Source: Gammaproteobacteria bacterium (lineage in GTDB: Bacteria > Pseudomonadota > Gammaproteobacteria > UBA9214). From it: a stretch of DNA of 36,528 nt. Position numbers and translations under genes: made by a program. This document shows, piece by piece, positions 33,512-36,528 of the stretch. The notes below the pieces were generated by a model. That model was given only the letters and a program-made list of their open reading frames with translations, did not search any database and was not told where the DNA came from. The first letter of the stretch is position 1. Every line of letters starts with the position of its first letter. The DNA is taken from positions 1-36,528 of the forward strand of contig JAHKKL010000001.1 of assembly GCA_020027635.1 (NCBI GenBank), written 5' to 3'.

Positions 33512-34110
33512 CGCATTCCTCCTCCGAAGATTGGCATTTCTCGCAGATCAGGATAGTCCTCGGATCCGCCCTGATCGGGCAGATCGGGCGGCAGCGCCTC
33601 CAGCAGTTGCAGCCCCCTGGCCGCCTGCTCAGGCGTCATGTAGCAGTTCCAGCCCAGCATATCGACCTTGTCATCCATGAACGGGATCTCGGGATGCCGG
33701 CCGTCGTAACGGGCACGCCGGAACCAATCCCGCGCCACTGAACTGGATGTCAGTATCATCCCGCCGCGACCAATCGGCAGCAGCTTGCGCGCATGGAAAC
33801 TCAAGCAATGCAAACCGCGATCATACATATTCCTGCGCATTCGTCTGGCGCCGTCAAAGATGTTGTAGCCGAACCAATAACCGCCGCTCCAGTCGTGATC
33901 ATGGAACTCTGGCTTCAGCCCAGCATGAAGAACCGCCATCGGGACCGAGATATAGGTGTGCGCCGGCAACGTCACCATTCTGGGCTGTGCATAGGCTAGA
34001 CATAACCTGATCGCGCTCGTGCATGAATCGACGGCCACCGCATATCGGGCGCCGGAGAACGTAGCGACCGCCTGCTCGAATGCATCGACAACATCCCATG
34101 CTCTACTCAT
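33508..34110 (-). CDS. minimal DegT/DnrJ/EryC1/StrS-type PLP sugar aminotransferase (200 aa)
   Basis: AFEQAVATFSGARYAVAVDSCTSAIRLCL matches the family's N-terminal pattern. LSFHARKLLPIGRGGMILT matches SF..K....GEGG, which contains the PLP Lys. It is only about half the usual length. Confidence 0.65.
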   Translation of the reverse strand: MSRAWDVVDAFEQAVATFSGARYAVAVDSCTSAIRLCLAYAQPRMVTLPAHTYISVPMAVLHAGLKPEFHDHDWSGGYWFGYNIFDGARRMRRNMYDRGLHCLSFHARKLLPIGRGGMILTSSSVARDWFRRARYDGRHPEIPFMDDKVDMLGWNCYMTPEQAARGLQLLEALPPDLPDQGGSEDYPDLREMPIFGGGMR

Positions 34111-34939
34111 TTGTTTGCTGCTGTGTTAGCGCCCATTGCGGGCACACATCCCGGACCGGGCAATACTCGGCACACCGACGGTAGACGCCAGTGCGTTTCT
34201 GGATGCTGTCGCCCTTGTTCGCGGCCATCCACGCCTGCGCCTCCTCCTTGGTGTCGAGGACGCGCAAGGCAGATTTCCGGCCCTTCTGCATGACCGCCCA
34301 GGTACCGTCCTGATACCAGCGTTCCTCATCCGTGCAAGAGACAACAGTGTCCGTGAAATGCGCGGCCATACGATCTTCGATATAGAACGCCCGTTCGGGC
34401 TGCGGCCATAGCGGGATCTTGACGATGGCCACGTTGTGCGCCGGATAGCCATTGATCCCACCCTTCGATTTCTGCCAGTCGCGCAGCAGGGCAACGATCT
34501 GCAGCGCGCCGATCGGATATCCATTGCGCTCGCACAGCTCGGCCAGCACATTCAACTGCAGGCTCCATTCCGGCTTGCCGTAGATGACCGACCAGACGGA
34601 GGCCACCTTGTAGTCACTCAACAGCCCGCCATCGAGTACCAGATGATCGAATTTTCCGCTCAGCACCTTGTCACCGATAGTTGCATACAGGCGCTTTTCC
34701 TGCATCGCAGAGGACTGCGCGCGCTCCAGCACGGTATGCACGGATTGCCCGAACAGGGACCAGATCCGTTCACTGACATCCTCGGTCAGTTCATCGCCAT
34801 GCGCCTCCAGCAGGCGCCTGATCTGGACCGGTCCGATCAGGGTCGTGACCGAGATATCGGCCTCCCCGCGCGAATAATCGTCATTGGCGACCGCATTGAC
34901 GAGCGCATCGGGGAGGCCGAGTTTGTTGGTCAGCTTCAT
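34103..34939 (-). CDS. PD-(D/E)XK nuclease, Cas4/RecB-like phage exonuclease
   Basis: 278 aa. GKFDHL...LSDYKV supplies the D...D-x-K core. QLNVLAEL is Q-motif-like. C-terminal Cys cluster (C-x48-C-x3-C-x5-C; RRCAEYCPVRDVCPQW). Confidence 0.7.
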   Translation of the reverse strand: MKLTNKLGLPDALVNAVANDDYSRGEADISVTTLIGPVQIRRLLEAHGDELTEDVSERIWSLFGQSVHTVLERAQSSAMQEKRLYATIGDKVLSGKFDHLVLDGGLLSDYKVASVWSVIYGKPEWSLQLNVLAELCERNGYPIGALQIVALLRDWQKSKGGINGYPAHNVAIVKIPLWPQPERAFYIEDRMAAHFTDTVVSCTDEERWYQDGTWAVMQKGRKSALRVLDTKEEAQAWMAANKGDSIQKRTGVYRRCAEYCPVRDVCPQWALTQQQTNE

Positions 34940-35346
34940 CAGAACGGAAAATCGTCGTCGAAGGCAGCGTCCTTGGGCGTGGTAGCCGGCGGCGCTGGTA
35001 CCTTCTTGATCCGAAGTCCGCCAGTTATCTTGCCGGCGAAGCCCACGCTCGGATCGGCGAACACGACGATCTGCTTGCCGCGGGCCTGCGCCGGGCTGGC
35101 GGCGCCGGTGGCCATCTTCAGCAACTCCTTGTTGGTGATGTTCAGCACCATCGGCCTGAACTCCCGCTCTACAAAGTAGAGAACCGTCTTTTCCTCCTCC
35201 TTGCCATCGGCCTCCAACATCTCGCGTTTGAACCCGCGAATGGTCAGGATGACCCCATCCTCACCGACATCTTCCTTTTTCAAATATTTGCTCTCGGATG
35301 GGACCAGTGCGTCCCAACTGGTATTCGGATCGATTGGTTGACTCAT
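34939..35346 (-). CDS. ssDNA-binding-type protein with SSB-like acidic C-terminal tip
   Basis: 135 aa from ATG 35346 (GAGGAG RBS). It ends in FDDDFPF, mimicking the bacterial SSB C-terminal DDDIPF interaction tip. Adjacent to the nuclease. A longer form starting at 35430 is possible. Confidence 0.5.
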   Translation of the reverse strand: MSQPIDPNTSWDALVPSESKYLKKEDVGEDGVILTIRGFKREMLEADGKEEEKTVLYFVEREFRPMVLNITNKELLKMATGAASPAQARGKQIVVFADPSVGFAGKITGGLRIKKVPAPPATTPKDAAFDDDFPF

Positions 35347-35407
35347 TTTCCTGCTCCTCTCATAGTGTTCACGTTCGCTTGCCTGCGCCTGCTCCCAGCC
35401 CGGCCTT

Positions 35408-35611
35408 TCATCCTCTAGCCAGGCGTCCATCTTCGCTCCCGTAGCCGAGGCCATGCTCCTCATGCCACACTGCGTTACGGATAGCCTCACGGTGCCCCTC
35501 CAATAGCGGCAGCAGATCCTGGCTGCAGTCCCGCGGCTCCACGTAGCGCAGCCGGCCCTCATCGATACACACGTCCAGATCCACGCCCAGATAACGAATG
35601 GTGGTAATCAT
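35408..35611 (-). CDS. hypothetical protein (67 aa)
   Basis: ATG 35611 with GGAGG 8 nt upstream, 2 nt after the glycosyltransferase stop. The upstream part of track ORF 35408-35977 is Arg-rich and overlaps the GT gene, so it was discarded. Confidence 0.45.
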   Translation of the reverse strand: MITTIRYLGVDLDVCIDEGRLRYVEPRDCSQDLLPLLEGHREAIRNAVWHEEHGLGYGSEDGRLARG

Positions 35612-35613
35612 TG

Positions 35614-36528
35614 CTAGGCCTCCAGGAATTTGGTGAATATGTCGAGTTGTGTCTGCGTGGTCTCGTGCCCACGATGATACCGACGCATCCATGCCTGCGA
35701 GTCGAGACCGATCTGCGTCAGCTCGCCCCGGCTGGCGCCGTAGTACCTGCCGATCTTCCCTACGATGTCTGCCTCGGTACCGATGTTGATGACTGGCGGC
35801 AGCTCGTCGTACAGCCCGGTGTAATGTGCCGGATCCAGGTAGGTCATCACCGGCGCGCCGCAGGCCATCGCCTTGTAGGTGACGCCCCCGTTCGCCCCGA
35901 GCGCGAACTGATCGGCCACCAGATCGGCCGTCAGACACATCCGGTAATAGGCTTGCCCAGGCAGCGGCGGGAACCATTTCACATACTGACAGACGCCTGC
36001 CGCCTTGAGGTACTGCCGGGACTCCTGCACATCATGCCCCCATTCGCAACAGATGAGCCCCACCCTGATCCCTGCCCGGCGCAGGGTCGAGAACGCAGAT
36101 AGCAGCACCTGATTGCCCTTGTCCATGTAGGAATAGGCAGGGGTCCAGTCATGCCGGGTGGGCCAGAAGATCAGGAGATCGGCGTCCAGTTCGCGCAGCA
36201 ACTGTTCGCGCAACAATCGATCAGGTTCGGCGGTCAGCGGATGGAATTCGTCGTAGGGGTGATTGATGAACGTCGTTGTCAGCGCCCCGTCTGCCTGTTT
36301 CCCCGCCTGCTGTAATTGTACCCCCTTGGCCAGATTGTCCGGGTTGGTGACGAAGACATGCTCGGCCAGCGCATAGGCGAGCCCGCACAGCCGCCCTGCC
36401 TTGTGTTGCTGCCACGGCAGATCGCGCAGCGTGCCATGCTCCATCGCGAAGAACGGCACCCCGGCCACCAACGGAATGAACACACCGGCACCATAGCCGA
36501 TCACGATATCGTATTGCTGGCAGAACGC
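35614..36528 (-). CDS. GT-B fold glycosyltransferase (GT4-like), 5'-truncated by window edge
   Basis: GGVTYKAMACGAPVMTY resembles the GT4 E..EAMA.G.PV motif. The frame stays open from 36504 to the window end (AFCQQYDIV...), so the gene probably starts beyond 36528. Confidence 0.65.
   Translation of the reverse strand, partial: AFCQQYDIVIGYGAGVFIPLVAGVPFFAMEHGTLRDLPWQQHKAGRLCGLAYALAEHVFVTNPDNLAKGVQLQQAGKQADGALTTTFINHPYDEFHPLTAEPDRLLREQLLRELDADLLIFWPTRHDWTPAYSYMDKGNQVLLSAFSTLRRAGIRVGLICCEWGHDVQESRQYLKAAGVCQYVKWFPPLPGQAYYRMCLTADLVADQFALGANGGVTYKAMACGAPVMTYLDPAHYTGLYDELPPVINIGTEADIVGKIGRYYGASRGELTQIGLDSQAWMRRYHRGHETTQTQLDIFTKFLEA

Noticed and set aside
29709-34110. Reading the sugar and AsnB genes as host chromosome (an O-antigen locus) flanking a prophage end near 29.7 kb
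   Set aside because: The aminotransferase start overlaps the phage-type Cas4-like nuclease stop. The nuclease, the SSB-tail protein and a further glycosyltransferase lie upstream in the same coupled chain. No integrase, tRNA or att-like repeat is visible at 29.7 kb.

Overview
High-G+C dsDNA phage or prophage segment with a podovirus-like gene order; all calls rest on motifs and layout read by eye, with no database search. (1) 274-2512: lysis cassette with a GH108 endolysin, a holin-like protein, and an i-/o-spanin-like pair plus an extra lipoprotein. It is followed at 2514-3422 by a lipoprotein-anchored trypsin-like zymogen, which is unusual. (2) 3872-5164, minus strand: six very small genes ending in a 62-aa HTH protein, with two look-alike sigma70-type promoter candidates. 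The layout resembles a regulatory or anti-defence (acr-aca-like) locus. (3) 5165-5981: an 817-bp non-coding region with several repeat families and a dense G-tract array, just upstream of the large terminase gene. (4) 5982-29715, plus strand: late operon with TerL, portal, scaffold, major capsid, decoration and tail proteins, a fibre, and three large internal or ejection-type proteins. It is interrupted at about 11.6-16.0 kb by a lower-G+C island. The island holds two Sec-signal proteins, a clan GH-A-like glycosidase, small ORFs, and a 651-bp unit bounded by perfect 21-bp inverted repeats that contains a hairpin-dense non-coding stretch. (5) 29709-36528, minus strand, converging on the late operon: phage DNA-metabolism genes (an SSB-tail protein and a Cas4-like PD-(D/E)XK nuclease) are chained by overlapping stop/start codons to a full amino-sugar toolkit. 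That toolkit is a GT-B glycosyltransferase, a minimal DegT-type aminotransferase, two SDR epimerase/dehydratases, a hexapeptide acyltransferase and an AsnB-like amidotransferase. This last block is my top candidate for an undescribed system, such as DNA or virion glyco-hypermodification. No rRNA, tRNA, CRISPR array, integrase or transposase was recognised.
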